Positions 40,905-51,599 are shown, counted from the first letter of the stretch. The stretch is 64,000 nt of DNA from Candidatus Anstonellales archaeon (GCA_038896535.1 JAWACY010000001.1:262488-326487); one strand, 5' to 3'. Numbers and translations: made by a program. The notes: generated by a model not told the origin, from the letters alone.

Positions 40905-43377
40905 GATATAAAGTTATCAGTTTTCCAGAAGGCAAAACAAGTATTTCATCACCTTTTACTACATACTCTTTTCCATCAACATTTATCTTAAACTTTTTAT
41001 CTTTAAACTCTTGGAATTCAGTCTTTTTACCGATAGTTGATAATATTGGAAATCTGCTTCCTTCTCTATAAACTGTTATGCCTTTCAACCTCTTTTTCCA
41101 TGCTTGTATATATATTTCAGATATTGTTTCTGGTTCTATTTCCTCTGGCAGATTTACTGTTGAGCTTATGCTATGGTCAATGTATTTTTGTGCCGTGCTT
41201 TGTATTTCGACCCTCTTTATATAATCTATTGTATGGGCTGTTTTAAGCATATAAGAGGGAAGCAATTTTTTCAATTCCTCTTCTGTTGATTCTTGAGCTA
41301 CATCTCCAAGGCCTTTCATGTCTAAATAAGCTTGTACTGTTGAATGGAATATTCTAAATATTTTATTATCAGCTATGCTTTCACTTCTCCTATTATAGTA
41401 TAGAGCAAATATTGGCTCTATGCCCCCGCTTACGCCTATATAATTTTTTCCATTGTATTCAAAGCTTTTTATTGCATTGCTTATAGTGCCAGTCGGTGCT
41501 ATGCTTAATATTGCTATATTTCTAAGCCCGTATTTTTTTATTATCTTCTTTGTTTCTTCAGTAAGTGCTTGTTTGAAAAATGGGTTTTTTGAATATGCGT
41601 CATAGTTAAATATAGGACTTTGCCCCTTTTCATATGCTAATTTAGCTGAGCTTTGGTATGCTATGTTTGCAATTCTTTTCATTATTTCTTCTAATAAGTT
41701 TAATGCTTGTTCAGAATCATAAGCAATGCCCAACTCATTAAACATATCTGCAATGCCCATAACGCCTATGCCTTGCCTTCTTGTGCTTTTTGCTGCTTCT
41801 CTTTGTTTTTCAAGTGGATTTAAGTAAATGTTCCATTCTATTGCGTTATCTATTGCCCTTTGCAAAGTTTCAACAGCCCTTTCGAGTTTTTTCCAATCGA
41901 TTTTTGCTTTTTCAGAATATGGGGAGATAACAAATCTGCTTAAATTAATACTTCCGAGGTTGCATGCCCCGCCATCTTCTAAAGGCACTTCTGCGCAAGG
42001 GTTAGTGCATATTATAGGATTGCCAACATAATCACTAGGGCTATATTCTTTCATTACATCCCAGAAAATAATGCCAGGCTCTGCTGTTTTATAATTTCCT
42101 TCAATGATCATGTTCCATATTTTTCTTGCTTTGACAAGCCTTTTTATGATTCCGCATTCATTGCTAGAGAAAAATAATAGAAAGTCTCCTGCCTGTCTTA
42201 TTGCAAAATCAAATTCAAAGTTTGTCTCTATTATATAATCGCCATAAATATCTCTTTTGTATGCATCTTTTAGTTCATTTTCATTTATGCTATATCCGTA
42301 ATCAGATAAGAATTCATTGATTTCCTGTATTGTTTTTGCTTGGAATATAAGCTCATAATTGTTAATATTTTTGCTCGGCATTTTATCGCTATAATGTAAT
42401 TTACCATCCTGCTTCATATCCATGATCTTTCCTTTTTCATATTTTTTATATACCAAGTATGCATTTCCATAATTATTTTGCTCCACAACTGCATTCATGA
42501 ATTCATCAGTAATTTTTATACTAATGTTAGCAAACCTAACTTGTGTGTTCTCAACAACTATTGTTTTTATCTTTTCAAGTAAATCTTTTTGTATGTCAGT
42601 TGTCCATGATATCTGATTTATTATCTGGTTTGATACCCAATTTGGTTCATGCTTGACTTTTATGAATCTCTCTATGTCGGGATGTTTAACATGTATTGTG
42701 AGCATCAATGCCCCTCTTCTCCCGCTTTGTCCTATAAGTCCTGTTGTTAAGCTGTATAGCTCCATAAAACTTACTGCCCCAGTGCTTTTGTCAGCAGCAT
42801 TATGCACTATGCTATCAGCAGGCCTTAATGGTGTTATGTCAATGCCTATTCCGCCGCCATAGCTATAAGTCCTTGCTGCTTCATAAGCTGCTTTGTATAT
42901 GCTTTCTATATTATCCTCTTCAATTGCAGTAACAAAGCAGTTTGCCAATGTCTTTAATCTATATAGATCGCCTGCCCCGGCTATTATTCTCCCTCCAGGA
43001 AGCCACAAGCCATCAAAAAGTTCAATATAAAATCTCTCAGCCCATGCCATTGCTTTCTCCTCATCTTCAACTGCAGCAAGAAAAGCGGCTAATCTTATAA
43101 AAACGTCTTCTGGCCTCTTTTCTATGATATTTTCTTCAAGGTCTTTTAGGAAGTATTTTTTCTTATATATATTAATAGCAAGTTCATTATTTCCCAAATA
43201 ATCTGGATGAGAGGGCAGCATATTGCTCATTAATTTCTCTCTTAAATAAACATAAAGTTTTTTATACATCTCAAGGAATTTTTGTGGCACTTTATCATGG
43301 AGTTTTCCCTTATAAGAAAACATATGCTCTATTTCATCTGGCAAAATCTTTTCATTAATCTTCAATGCTTGTTCCAT
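40867..43377 (-). CDS. nrdJ: adenosylcobalamin-dependent (class II) ribonucleotide reductase catalytic chain
   Basis: 836 aa. RNR ten-stranded barrel motifs (…NCFV…, …SYGGGIGIDITPLRP…, …TNPCAEVPL…). Confidence 0.85.
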   Translation of the reverse strand: MEQALKINEKILPDEIEHMFSYKGKLHDKVPQKFLEMYKKLYVYLREKLMSNMLPSHPDYLGNNELAINIYKKKYFLKDLEENIIEKRPEDVFIRLAAFLAAVEDEEKAMAWAERFYIELFDGLWLPGGRIIAGAGDLYRLKTLANCFVTAIEEDNIESIYKAAYEAARTYSYGGGIGIDITPLRPADSIVHNAADKSTGAVSFMELYSLTTGLIGQSGRRGALMLTIHVKHPDIERFIKVKHEPNWVSNQIINQISWTTDIQKDLLEKIKTIVVENTQVRFANISIKITDEFMNAVVEQNNYGNAYLVYKKYEKGKIMDMKQDGKLHYSDKMPSKNINNYELIFQAKTIQEINEFLSDYGYSINENELKDAYKRDIYGDYIIETNFEFDFAIRQAGDFLLFFSSNECGIIKRLVKARKIWNMIIEGNYKTAEPGIIFWDVMKEYSPSDYVGNPIICTNPCAEVPLEDGGACNLGSINLSRFVISPYSEKAKIDWKKLERAVETLQRAIDNAIEWNIYLNPLEKQREAAKSTRRQGIGVMGIADMFNELGIAYDSEQALNLLEEIMKRIANIAYQSSAKLAYEKGQSPIFNYDAYSKNPFFKQALTEETKKIIKKYGLRNIAILSIAPTGTISNAIKSFEYNGKNYIGVSGGIEPIFALYYNRRSESIADNKIFRIFHSTVQAYLDMKGLGDVAQESTEEELKKLLPSYMLKTAHTIDYIKRVEIQSTAQKYIDHSISSTVNLPEEIEPETISEIYIQAWKKRLKGITVYREGSRFPILSTIGKKTEFQEFKDKKFKINVDGKEYVVKGDEILVLPSGKLITLYHGIKNGIFKEAS

Positions 43378-43470
43378 AAAACCACCAAACCATTTTATAA
43401 TTAAATAGTTAAAAATCTTTTGCTATTCTTTTGCTATTTTTTATTTTTTTTATTTTTTCTTTCATTAATA

Positions 43471-43974
43471 TCAATTTAATCTGTTTAATCTCGCTATTAT
43501 AGAGCCCTGAATTGAAAAGCCGTCATTATTGCAGTTATTTTCTATGCAAGGGCTATAATAAATTATGATTTTCATTGATACAATATCCCTTGCACTTATG
43601 TTCAATTTTCCAGTTTTTGATATTAAAAATGGGCTATCTGCTTCTATTAAACCATTATTGTTTATCTCATTATTATTTATTATTAAATAACCGCCCTCAT
43701 GGAATATTGTTATATTTGTTATATTTATCTTATGCCCAAAGTTATTAGTCAAATTTATAATAATATTTTCTTCTATGCCAGAGCCAGTCTTTTTTGCTGA
43801 TACAAAAAATCCATTGCATATAACCTGCTTTGGGAATATACACTGCTCTGGTATTGTTGGGGAAAATGATGTTGAATAAAATGCCAATATTGCGATAATA
43901 ATCACTAAAGCTGCAATTGCCCATCCATATGTCATTAAATATTCAACTGCTGCTTGGCCCATTCTTTTTTGCAT
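43471..43974 (-). CDS. archaeal type IV pilin-like protein (class III signal peptide)
   Basis: MQKRMG|QAAVEYLMTYGWAIAALVIIIAIL is a prepilin-peptidase-type signal (charged N-terminus, cleavage after G, then a hydrophobic stretch), followed by a beta-rich domain. Confidence 0.7.
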   Translation of the reverse strand: MQKRMGQAAVEYLMTYGWAIAALVIIIAILAFYSTSFSPTIPEQCIFPKQVICNGFFVSAKKTGSGIEENIIINLTNNFGHKINITNITIFHEGGYLIINNNEINNNGLIEADSPFLISKTGKLNISARDIVSMKIIIYYSPCIENNCNNDGFSIQGSIIARLNRLN

Positions 43975-44022
43975 AATGAAATATTAGCATTGTTTTTTAA
44001 TTATTTACTTACAAATAAATTA

Positions 44023-44919
44023 ATGAATGCGATCTTAATGAGATATGAAGAGCTAAGCAGGAAACAAAAAGAGGATGTTGTTGCTCTATATAATAGAAAA
44101 TGGGCTTCAAGGGAAGTATTAAAAAAAGCTCAAAGTAAAACACAAACATTTGGCGAGAAAGCATTATCTGAAATGCTAGGCATAAAATTACTTGAAAAGA
44201 ATGTGCAATATTTTGATGAGCGCTCTTTGTATTTTCCTGAAGGCCAGCTTGTTGCTGTGGAAAATGGGGAAATAAAAGCTGCTTTAACAACAATTCCATC
44301 TATACTTGATATAGCATCATTGCTTGAGAAGCAAGAAAATGCATATAATAGATTGCATGAATATGAAAATATCTATGACTTTAGGAATGATCTTAATAAA
44401 GAGAGAGTAATATATTGCATATCAATAATAGGGGAAGATGCTTATGCTAAAATGTTACTTAATGAAATAAGGAATATTGGCTTAAATATTGGTTTTTTTG
44501 TAATGCCATTTAGTGCACCAAGAAGTTTAAGATTTTATTTTGACAGAAAACCAGAAGAATGGGAAGTGAAAAAATACTTATATACAACAAGAAAAATGAA
44601 CGAGCAAGAATTTTATAAATGGCAACAAATAAAAAAAGCACTAATAGAAAAGCTTTATCATAAATTTATAAAGAAACCGGATAACATATTTTTGACTTCT
44701 GAATTTTTTAAATGGTTTTATGACTCATATGGAAAAGAGCCAACATTAAGGGATGTTATGATTTATTTTGATGAGAGACCAATTGACTTTACATTAGCTT
44801 TTCATATGATGAAAGGAGCAAATTTGTTTTATTTCAATGGCCGGCCAGTTATATTAAAAAATTCAAGGCCAGAAGATGTTATGGCGCACGGCTATAACAT
44901 GTTGCTTATATATGATTAA
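44023..44919 (+). CDS. hypothetical protein
   Basis: About 300 aa ORF. Start placed at MNAILMRYEEL, because the longer ORF-track start would overlap the divergent pilin start. No confident motif. Confidence 0.4.
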   Translation: MNAILMRYEELSRKQKEDVVALYNRKWASREVLKKAQSKTQTFGEKALSEMLGIKLLEKNVQYFDERSLYFPEGQLVAVENGEIKAALTTIPSILDIASLLEKQENAYNRLHEYENIYDFRNDLNKERVIYCISIIGEDAYAKMLLNEIRNIGLNIGFFVMPFSAPRSLRFYFDRKPEEWEVKKYLYTTRKMNEQEFYKWQQIKKALIEKLYHKFIKKPDNIFLTSEFFKWFYDSYGKEPTLRDVMIYFDERPIDFTLAFHMMKGANLFYFNGRPVILKNSRPEDVMAHGYNMLLIYD

Positions 44920-44921
44920 AA

Positions 44922-44994
44922 TGGGAGAGCCCGGATTTGAACCGGGATCACAAGCTCCCAAAGCTCGCAGGCTACCAGATTACCCCACTCTCCC
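44922..44994 (-). tRNA. tRNA-Pro(TGG)
   Basis: Acceptor GGGAGAG/CTCTCCC. Anticodon stem CGAGC/GCTTG with loop TTTGGGA. T-arm CCCGGTTCAAATCCGGG. Confidence 0.8.
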
Positions 44995-45112
44995 TTTTAC
45001 TTTTTAATTTATCAATACATTTTTTATATTATAATGCTTTTGTTTTTAATTTAATATAACTGCAATAGCATTTTCAATAACATTTTTAAAATCTACTTAT
45101 ATAAATATTAAT

Positions 45113-45826
45113 ATGAAAGACTATGAAGCGCAAAATAAATTTTATAATGAGAAAGTTCTGAGTAAATTTACTTCTTTGTTAGTGCAGCATTACAATATGG
45201 ATGAAAAAGAAGCTAGCATAAGATCTGAAAAGCTGTTTAAGTTATTTAGCGATTGGGCTGGAGCAAATTGCATTGGGCTTAGTTTTTTTATTTCAATATC
45301 ATATCACCAAAGACAAATTATAATAGCGCATTTTGTTGATGAGAAAATAAATATAAAAGAAGAAGAAAAATCAAAATTCATCCATTTTATGTTAGAATCC
45401 TTGAGCTTTTTGAACAGTAAAGAGAAATCAATGCTTAGCAATGAAGAAGTTAAAAAAGGAGGAAATAAAAATCATTTAATTGATGATGCCAAGCAATTTT
45501 ATTCTATATTGAAAACAAGATTAAGTGATGAAGAGGCAAAAGCAATAACAGATGAGTTGGAAGCTTGGACAAAAAGAATAGGCATAAAAATTGACTGGCT
45601 TGTAAGAAGGCCCATAAATGAAATAAGGACATTTATTAATGCATTTATGAATAATTCTTATCCGTTCGGCATAAAAGATGCAAGGGATAGAGAAGAATAT
45701 TATGAAGTAATAATACATGCAATAAGCAACATGAAAAAAGAATTGCTAAGTGAAGTAAATAAAGTAATAAGAACAGAAGGTAATAATGAAAAAGGAACAG
45801 TTGAAAAGGAACAGTTGAAGAGATAA
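45113..45826 (+). CDS. hypothetical protein
   Basis: 237 aa. 3' end contains short tandem duplications (EKGTVEKEQLK). Confidence 0.4.
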   Translation: MKDYEAQNKFYNEKVLSKFTSLLVQHYNMDEKEASIRSEKLFKLFSDWAGANCIGLSFFISISYHQRQIIIAHFVDEKINIKEEEKSKFIHFMLESLSFLNSKEKSMLSNEEVKKGGNKNHLIDDAKQFYSILKTRLSDEEAKAITDELEAWTKRIGIKIDWLVRRPINEIRTFINAFMNNSYPFGIKDARDREEYYEVIIHAISNMKKELLSEVNKVIRTEGNNEKGTVEKEQLKR

Positions 45827-46078
45827 AGAAATTAAAGAGATAAAGAAATTAGATATATGGGGTTAAATATATTGGTTAATATTGTTTGGCATAAAACATA
45901 GAGAGCATAAGGGCATGTTGCTATGTTGTGAGACAATTATCTGCAAAAGAGAAAATTAAATAAAAAATAAAAATGAGAATAAAAAGGGATGATAAATAAT
46001 AAAGGCAAATGAAGCCCATATTTTTATCTTTTTTTGTCTTAATCTTATCTTATCTGTTTTAATCTTATTTACTCTTAT

Positions 46079-46603
46079 TTACTCAGTAGTCTGTGTTACT
46101 GGCTTCAATGATAACTTACTTTCATAACTTTTTATTAAAGCAAATCCGGCATCAAAGTCCAGTGTGCAAAGAACCAATTTAACGTTTCCTCTGCTGGTTT
46201 CTATTACTAATGCTTGGCCAACCTTTATCTCTGTTTTCACTGGAGGTAAGCCAGACTCATTGTCATAAACAAATGCTGTTATATGCTCTTTCTTTGTTGA
46301 AAAATCTTCATTGCTCATACCAAGTTTCAATTGTGCATCATTATTGAGATTTGTTTCATAAAATCCAGGTATTTTGAATGCAACCATATTCTTTTCAGAT
46401 AAATCAACAACCTTTTCTTCTCCTTTTTGATATACAATTACAGGGCATTCGTTCTTAGCATTTTGAATATCTAACCTTGGCCCGCATGTGTAAACAAGAG
46501 CTAATAATGGCAAAAGTAAATTAAATCTCTTTCCATTATTCTCACTAGTTTTACTTTTATTATCTTGCTTAACAATATCAAAGTTTAATCTGCTTATTTT
46601 CAT
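46079..46603 (-). CDS. hypothetical secreted protein
   Basis: 174 aa with an internal hydrophobic signal-like segment LLLPLLALVYTC. Confidence 0.4.
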   Translation of the reverse strand: MKISRLNFDIVKQDNKSKTSENNGKRFNLLLPLLALVYTCGPRLDIQNAKNECPVIVYQKGEEKVVDLSEKNMVAFKIPGFYETNLNNDAQLKLGMSNEDFSTKKEHITAFVYDNESGLPPVKTEIKVGQALVIETSRGNVKLVLCTLDFDAGFALIKSYESKLSLKPVTQTTE

Positions 46604-46613
46604 TATTCCACCT

Positions 46614-48410
46614 CTATTCAGTTATTCTAGCATATAATCTTATTCTATCTATTCCTATAGCCCCATTTTGATTTGATGTGCTGAATTCAACATAATCAAC
46701 TTGTGATTGGAAAGGCAAGCCATTTGCAATGCCAGGAGTTAATAATACTTCTTCTCCAAGAACAGCGAAAACTCCTGATTTGCCTTCTGGATCTTGTCTT
46801 GTCCTTGCATCTAGTAATGCTATTCTTATTTGCTTGCCAAAAACATCAATATCTGCTGGCATAGAATCAACGCTAAACCAGACAGCAGGGCTTATCATTC
46901 CATTTCTTTCAAATGTGGCTTTAACCCATGTGTCGTTATTGTAATGTAAAACATCTTCAACCCTAACTACGATGTCTTCATATACAAATGGCTGTGATTC
47001 TGTTGCAATTGATACTGCCTTTAATTCATAAAACCTTGCTGATAAAGATGCTTGTGATGTTGTATCAACACTGTATAACATATAATCTTTTCCAAATAGC
47101 CTATAAGTAAATGCTGCTGATTTTAGCAATATATTTACTTGCTCATCTCTTTTATTTATTGCCGATATTGTATTTGTCAATGGTTGATTAAATTGTATAT
47201 CGACATAAGCAACATCAGATACAGGGCTTACTTTGACAAAGCTCAAGCTTGGAGAAAATGCATTATAATAGTAAGTATTGCCAATATACTTAGGGAACCA
47301 AGTAAATGAATTATTGTATTGCTCAATCATCATTCCAGCACTGTTTTGTAGTGTCAATGAATCTCTATTGAATATAACTCCATCATTTACACTAAGAACA
47401 GTTGCGCAATAAATGAACTCATTATAAAGTCTGGTAAAGCACTCTCTGCTGCCCTCTTCTAATCTTGAGTATGTCCTCTGCAATGTTTCTGATAAAAGTT
47501 CTAATGTTGCTGCTGAATAATATGTTGTCGATACTTCTGAAACCCTTAATGCATATGGGCTTTGTCCTATTATGTCACTAACAACATACCACCTGCCTTG
47601 ATAAACAGATTGCTGTGATAAAGGATCATAAACCTTTGTTGTTTGAGTTATTGCTGATGCTGGATCTGCAAAAGAAAGCTCTATTGCTAATGGGTTGTAT
47701 GGAGCAACAAATACTGCAAAGTATTGCCTAGTATTGCATCCATACAATGAAAAGAAATCATTTAATGGCGTTGTTTGAGAAATATCAGAGTATTTAAGTA
47801 TTGGCATGCCCCTTGGGTTTATGTCTTCAAATGTTAAATCGCATCCATCAACGTTTATGCTTGAATCCAAATTTACTGTCGTTGTATTTACTAATGAATA
47901 GCCACCAGATGAGCTTCCAGATGAACTTCCTCCTGAAGAGCTTCCTGAAGAACTGCCAGAAGAACTGCCAGAAGAGCTGCCAGAAGAGCTGCCAGATGAA
48001 GAGCTGCTAGATGAGCCACCAGATGAGCTTCCAGATGAACTTCCTGAGGAACTGCTTGAAGAACTCCCCCCTGAAGAGCTGCTAGATGCGCCTCCAGATG
48101 AGCTTGAGCTTCCGGAACCAGAAGAAGATTGGCCTGGTTGTCCATTATCAACTAATAATAATTTTTCTGCATTATTTTGTGGTTGTAATTCTTTTCTTCC
48201 ACAAGAGCTTGTAAGCGTTAGAAAACCAAGAAAAGCCCCTAAAGCTAAACCCTTAGCCCATTTTTTTATTCCATTATTTTTGCCATTTCCTTTATCATGT
48301 TTAAAAGAAGCGCTAAAGCCCCTATTTTCACTATTGCCCCTATCTTCACTATTTTCTATATTGTCACTAAATAATAAATTTGATTTATTTGTTTTATTTT
48401 TAAAAACCAT
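46614..48410 (-). CDS. large cell-surface protein with Ser/Gly-rich linker
   Basis: 598 aa. N-terminal TM anchor, about 100 aa of (S/G)n low-complexity linker, and a large beta-rich C-terminal domain. Confidence 0.5.
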   Translation of the reverse strand: MVFKNKTNKSNLLFSDNIENSEDRGNSENRGFSASFKHDKGNGKNNGIKKWAKGLALGAFLGFLTLTSSCGRKELQPQNNAEKLLLVDNGQPGQSSSGSGSSSSSGGASSSSSGGSSSSSSSGSSSGSSSGGSSSSSSSGSSSGSSSGSSSGSSSGSSSGGSSSGSSSGGYSLVNTTTVNLDSSINVDGCDLTFEDINPRGMPILKYSDISQTTPLNDFFSLYGCNTRQYFAVFVAPYNPLAIELSFADPASAITQTTKVYDPLSQQSVYQGRWYVVSDIIGQSPYALRVSEVSTTYYSAATLELLSETLQRTYSRLEEGSRECFTRLYNEFIYCATVLSVNDGVIFNRDSLTLQNSAGMMIEQYNNSFTWFPKYIGNTYYYNAFSPSLSFVKVSPVSDVAYVDIQFNQPLTNTISAINKRDEQVNILLKSAAFTYRLFGKDYMLYSVDTTSQASLSARFYELKAVSIATESQPFVYEDIVVRVEDVLHYNNDTWVKATFERNGMISPAVWFSVDSMPADIDVFGKQIRIALLDARTRQDPEGKSGVFAVLGEEVLLTPGIANGLPFQSQVDYVEFSTSNQNGAIGIDRIRLYARITE

Positions 48411-48506
48411 GTTATTATTTATGGATGGAAATATTTAAAAATGTTTGTGTTATTAAAGTTGGATTAAAAGATACCTTTTTAAAATTATCGTTATAACAAT
48501 ATTTTC

Positions 48507-50147
48507 ATGAATGGCTCAAAACTATTGTTTATCAAAACAATTTTATTAGTGATAGCAATTGTAAATATAGGGTTTAGCACAGTTATAATAAATTTTGTTC
48601 AACCAACTCCGACGAATGATAATTTAAATAATATACCAACAGTGAATGTAAGTGCAACAACAGATAACGGGGCAATAAGTGTAATAGAAGCTTATGTTAA
48701 TGATGTGCTTGTAAAGAGATGTTTGAATACAAATACATGCTATGTTTTGCCTGATGAAACTGGGGTTAATATAACAAGCACTGGTTTTATTAATTATAAA
48801 TTTACCGCCATAACAACAGCAGCAGAGAGTAAAACAATAAGCAAATCATTCTTTATAGATAAAGTGGCCCCAGATATAAAGTTTAGTTTCCCAACCCCAA
48901 ATGAAAATGCAGTAGTTAATGGGACAATAACAATAAATGCAGAAGGAAAAGACAATAGTGCGGGCACAGGCATTGCGAATGTATCCATATTTATTGATGG
49001 TAATTTATTGACTCAATGCATTAATAATGATCCTTTTGCTCCACCCTCATTAGCTTGCAATGTAACAATAAATACTGCACAATATAATGATGGTAATCAT
49101 ACAATAAATGTTATTGCATATGACGTTGTAGGTAATACTGGGACAAAAACAAGAATAATTAATTTTGATAATAATCTGCCATTTATTACATTTTCTCCAC
49201 CAACTCCATCAAATAATTCTGCATTCAGTATTGGAGCTATTTTAGTCATAAATGCAACATCAACATCACAAGATTTGAGGAGCATCGATATTTTTATAGA
49301 CAATAATCTTGTGTATTCATGCAATGCCATTATTTGCGCTTATTCTTGGAACACTACAAGTTTTGCTGCAGGGCAACACAGCTTTTATGCAAGCGCAACA
49401 GATAATTATGGAAATGTTAATAATACTGAAACTAGGTTTATAACACTTTCTCAATCAACTGGAGGAACTGGAGGAGGCGGTGGAAGCAGTGGAGGAAGCA
49501 TTGGAAGTGGAAATAATAATGGAGAGAGCGGCATAATGCTTATAGTAACAAACAAATTATGCCCAGAAAATAAGATACAATTCAAAGTAAAAGACATAAA
49601 TGGCACTAGCATAGCAAATGCTGAGATAAGAGTAACTAAAAAAGGCTCAGTAATTCCAGATACATTCCTTACAGATAATAATGGCATTGCTTATTATACA
49701 ATAAAAGAAAATGCAACATATTCAGTAAGTGTAAATGCAAATGGTTATAGCAGCAAAACCTTTGAGCTGAGCATTTCATTATGCAGTTTAGAAGAGAAAA
49801 ATGAGACAATAGGGGAATTTTTGAATGCAACAGTCAATAAAAGCATAAATGAAAGCACGAATGAGAGCAAAAATGAGAGTAAGGAAAATACATCGGAGAA
49901 TAAGCTAGAAGGAAAAAATGAAACAAATAGCAATACTAATGTTGGCATTAAAGAAAATTTATCAGAAGTCAGGAATGAAACGAACAATGAAGAGAATAAA
50001 GAAAGAATAAGCAGTAATGCTGGTAATAACATTGGCTTTAACTTTTCTGGAGTAGTAGATACAATAAAGACATTAGCATTGTTTGCAGTGCCAATTGCAG
50101 TTTTGTTTGTTGCAAGAGCTTTGTTCAGAAGGTTTATAATGCCCTGA
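48507..50147 (+). CDS. cell-surface glycoprotein-like protein with Ig-like repeats and C-terminal TM anchor
   Basis: 546 aa. Signal anchor, repeated about 100-aa segments dense in N-x-T/S sequons, a G-rich linker, N/E/S/K-rich stalk and a C-terminal TM plus RRF tail. Confidence 0.5.
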   Translation: MNGSKLLFIKTILLVIAIVNIGFSTVIINFVQPTPTNDNLNNIPTVNVSATTDNGAISVIEAYVNDVLVKRCLNTNTCYVLPDETGVNITSTGFINYKFTAITTAAESKTISKSFFIDKVAPDIKFSFPTPNENAVVNGTITINAEGKDNSAGTGIANVSIFIDGNLLTQCINNDPFAPPSLACNVTINTAQYNDGNHTINVIAYDVVGNTGTKTRIINFDNNLPFITFSPPTPSNNSAFSIGAILVINATSTSQDLRSIDIFIDNNLVYSCNAIICAYSWNTTSFAAGQHSFYASATDNYGNVNNTETRFITLSQSTGGTGGGGGSSGGSIGSGNNNGESGIMLIVTNKLCPENKIQFKVKDINGTSIANAEIRVTKKGSVIPDTFLTDNNGIAYYTIKENATYSVSVNANGYSSKTFELSISLCSLEEKNETIGEFLNATVNKSINESTNESKNESKENTSENKLEGKNETNSNTNVGIKENLSEVRNETNNEENKERISSNAGNNIGFNFSGVVDTIKTLALFAVPIAVLFVARALFRRFIMP

Positions 50148-51279
50148 CAATTTCTCTAATGTCATCAGCTCTTTTATCTAAATATGAAATACATTCTTTT
50201 ATTTTTTTATCGTGTTTTTTTGTGAACGCCCCATTATTTATAATGTTTTGATTATTTATTGATACTTGTTTTATATTCTTTTTATTTCCATTATATATTA
50301 AATTATTGTAAGGGTCATAAAATGGCACATTATTTATTGACAGTTCAAAAATGACATTAGCGTTTGCATTGCATGTAGCAGAATAAAAAAGTTCTTTTAA
50401 ATCTGGTAATGAAGCATCCCAATACCTATGTTTTTGTAATAATGCAGCAAGCTTTAATTCATTAAACATATCAAGTGCATTATTGCTAGCCACAGAATCT
50501 GTGCCTATGGCAATGTTAGCATTATATTTCTGAAATTCATGCAATGGGCATATGCCGCCAGTAGCGAGTTTTAAATTACTTGTAGGGCAATGCACAATCA
50601 ATGCCTTTTTTTCAGCAAGCAATTTTATCTCTCTTAATGTTACCCATGAAGCATGAGCCAAAACAGTATTGCTATCTATAACGCCCAAGTCAAGTAAAAA
50701 TTCAGCAGGCCTTTTTTTGAATTTTTGTAATGAATATACAAGCTCTTCTCTTGTTTCTGCTAAATGTATGTGCAATAATGTGCTATGTTCTTTTGCGATT
50801 TCATAAGCTTCTTTGATAAGCTCTTTATCTGCTTTATATATTGAATGCAATGCTATGCATGGTTTTACATGCTTATATTTTTTATTCAAAAATGTTTTTG
50901 CTTTTTTTAAGTCATTTGATAGGGCAACATCATAGCAAACATAACCATTTATCCCTACATCTTCTGCTGCTTTTGCTATTTGCTCAACATGTTTCCAATA
51001 CATATCGTTAAAAAGCACTACCCCGCTCTCTATCATTTCATAAAAACCAATTAAAGAGCTGTAATAAATGTCCCTTTCATTAAGCTGCTCTTCAATAGGC
51101 CAAACAATATTTTTAAGCCAGTCATGTAAGTTTAGGTTTTCAGCTATCCCTCTAAGCAATGTCATGGCAACATGAGTATGAGCATTATAAAAACCTGGAA
51201 ATAATAAAATTCTATCATCTTTAGCATTATTGCTTTTTCTTTTTACCCAATCCTTTTTTTCTCTTATATAGACAAGCAT
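50134..51279 (-). CDS. amidohydrolase-family deaminase (MtaD/SAH-MTA deaminase-like)
   Basis: FYNAHTHVAMTLLRG metal-binding HxH motif and conserved downstream His/Asp. 381 aa. Confidence 0.75.
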   Translation of the reverse strand: MLVYIREKKDWVKRKSNNAKDDRILLFPGFYNAHTHVAMTLLRGIAENLNLHDWLKNIVWPIEEQLNERDIYYSSLIGFYEMIESGVVLFNDMYWKHVEQIAKAAEDVGINGYVCYDVALSNDLKKAKTFLNKKYKHVKPCIALHSIYKADKELIKEAYEIAKEHSTLLHIHLAETREELVYSLQKFKKRPAEFLLDLGVIDSNTVLAHASWVTLREIKLLAEKKALIVHCPTSNLKLATGGICPLHEFQKYNANIAIGTDSVASNNALDMFNELKLAALLQKHRYWDASLPDLKELFYSATCNANANVIFELSINNVPFYDPYNNLIYNGNKKNIKQVSINNQNIINNGAFTKKHDKKIKECISYLDKRADDIREIVRAL

Positions 51280-51327
51280 AAAATAAAAAATAAAATGATT
51301 TTTTAAAATCTTCCTATAAATGCCTTT

Positions 51328-51582
51328 TTATATTTGCTCTGGTAAATCTATATCGCTGCTATTATTTGCTATAACATCTGGGCTTGGCACTTCTTCTATT
51401 GGCACTTCTTCTATTTGCTGTTGTATTGATATATTTTCAGGCAACTCTATGGCACTATTATTGTCTATAACAACTTCAGGATTTGGCAGAACTTCTTGTT
51501 GCATAGGCTTGAAAAATAGCAATGCAAACAATGCAATTAATGCCAATGCCCCTATTATAGCAATAATTAATTTCGTATCCAT
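51328..51582 (-). CDS. small membrane-anchored acidic protein with two internal repeats
   Basis: 84 aa. N-terminal TM, then repeats PEVVIDNNSAIELPE and PDVIANNSSDIDLPE. Confidence 0.35.
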   Translation of the reverse strand: MDTKLIIAIIGALALIALFALLFFKPMQQEVLPNPEVVIDNNSAIELPENISIQQQIEEVPIEEVPSPDVIANNSSDIDLPEQI

Positions 51583-51599
51583 TTGCTCACTCTTATAGC

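Noticed and set aside
45790-45856. Short tandem duplications (ggaacagttgaa x2; agagataaagaaatta x2) at the 3' end of ORF 45113-45826
   Set aside because: Likely local slippage duplications. Too short to assign a function.
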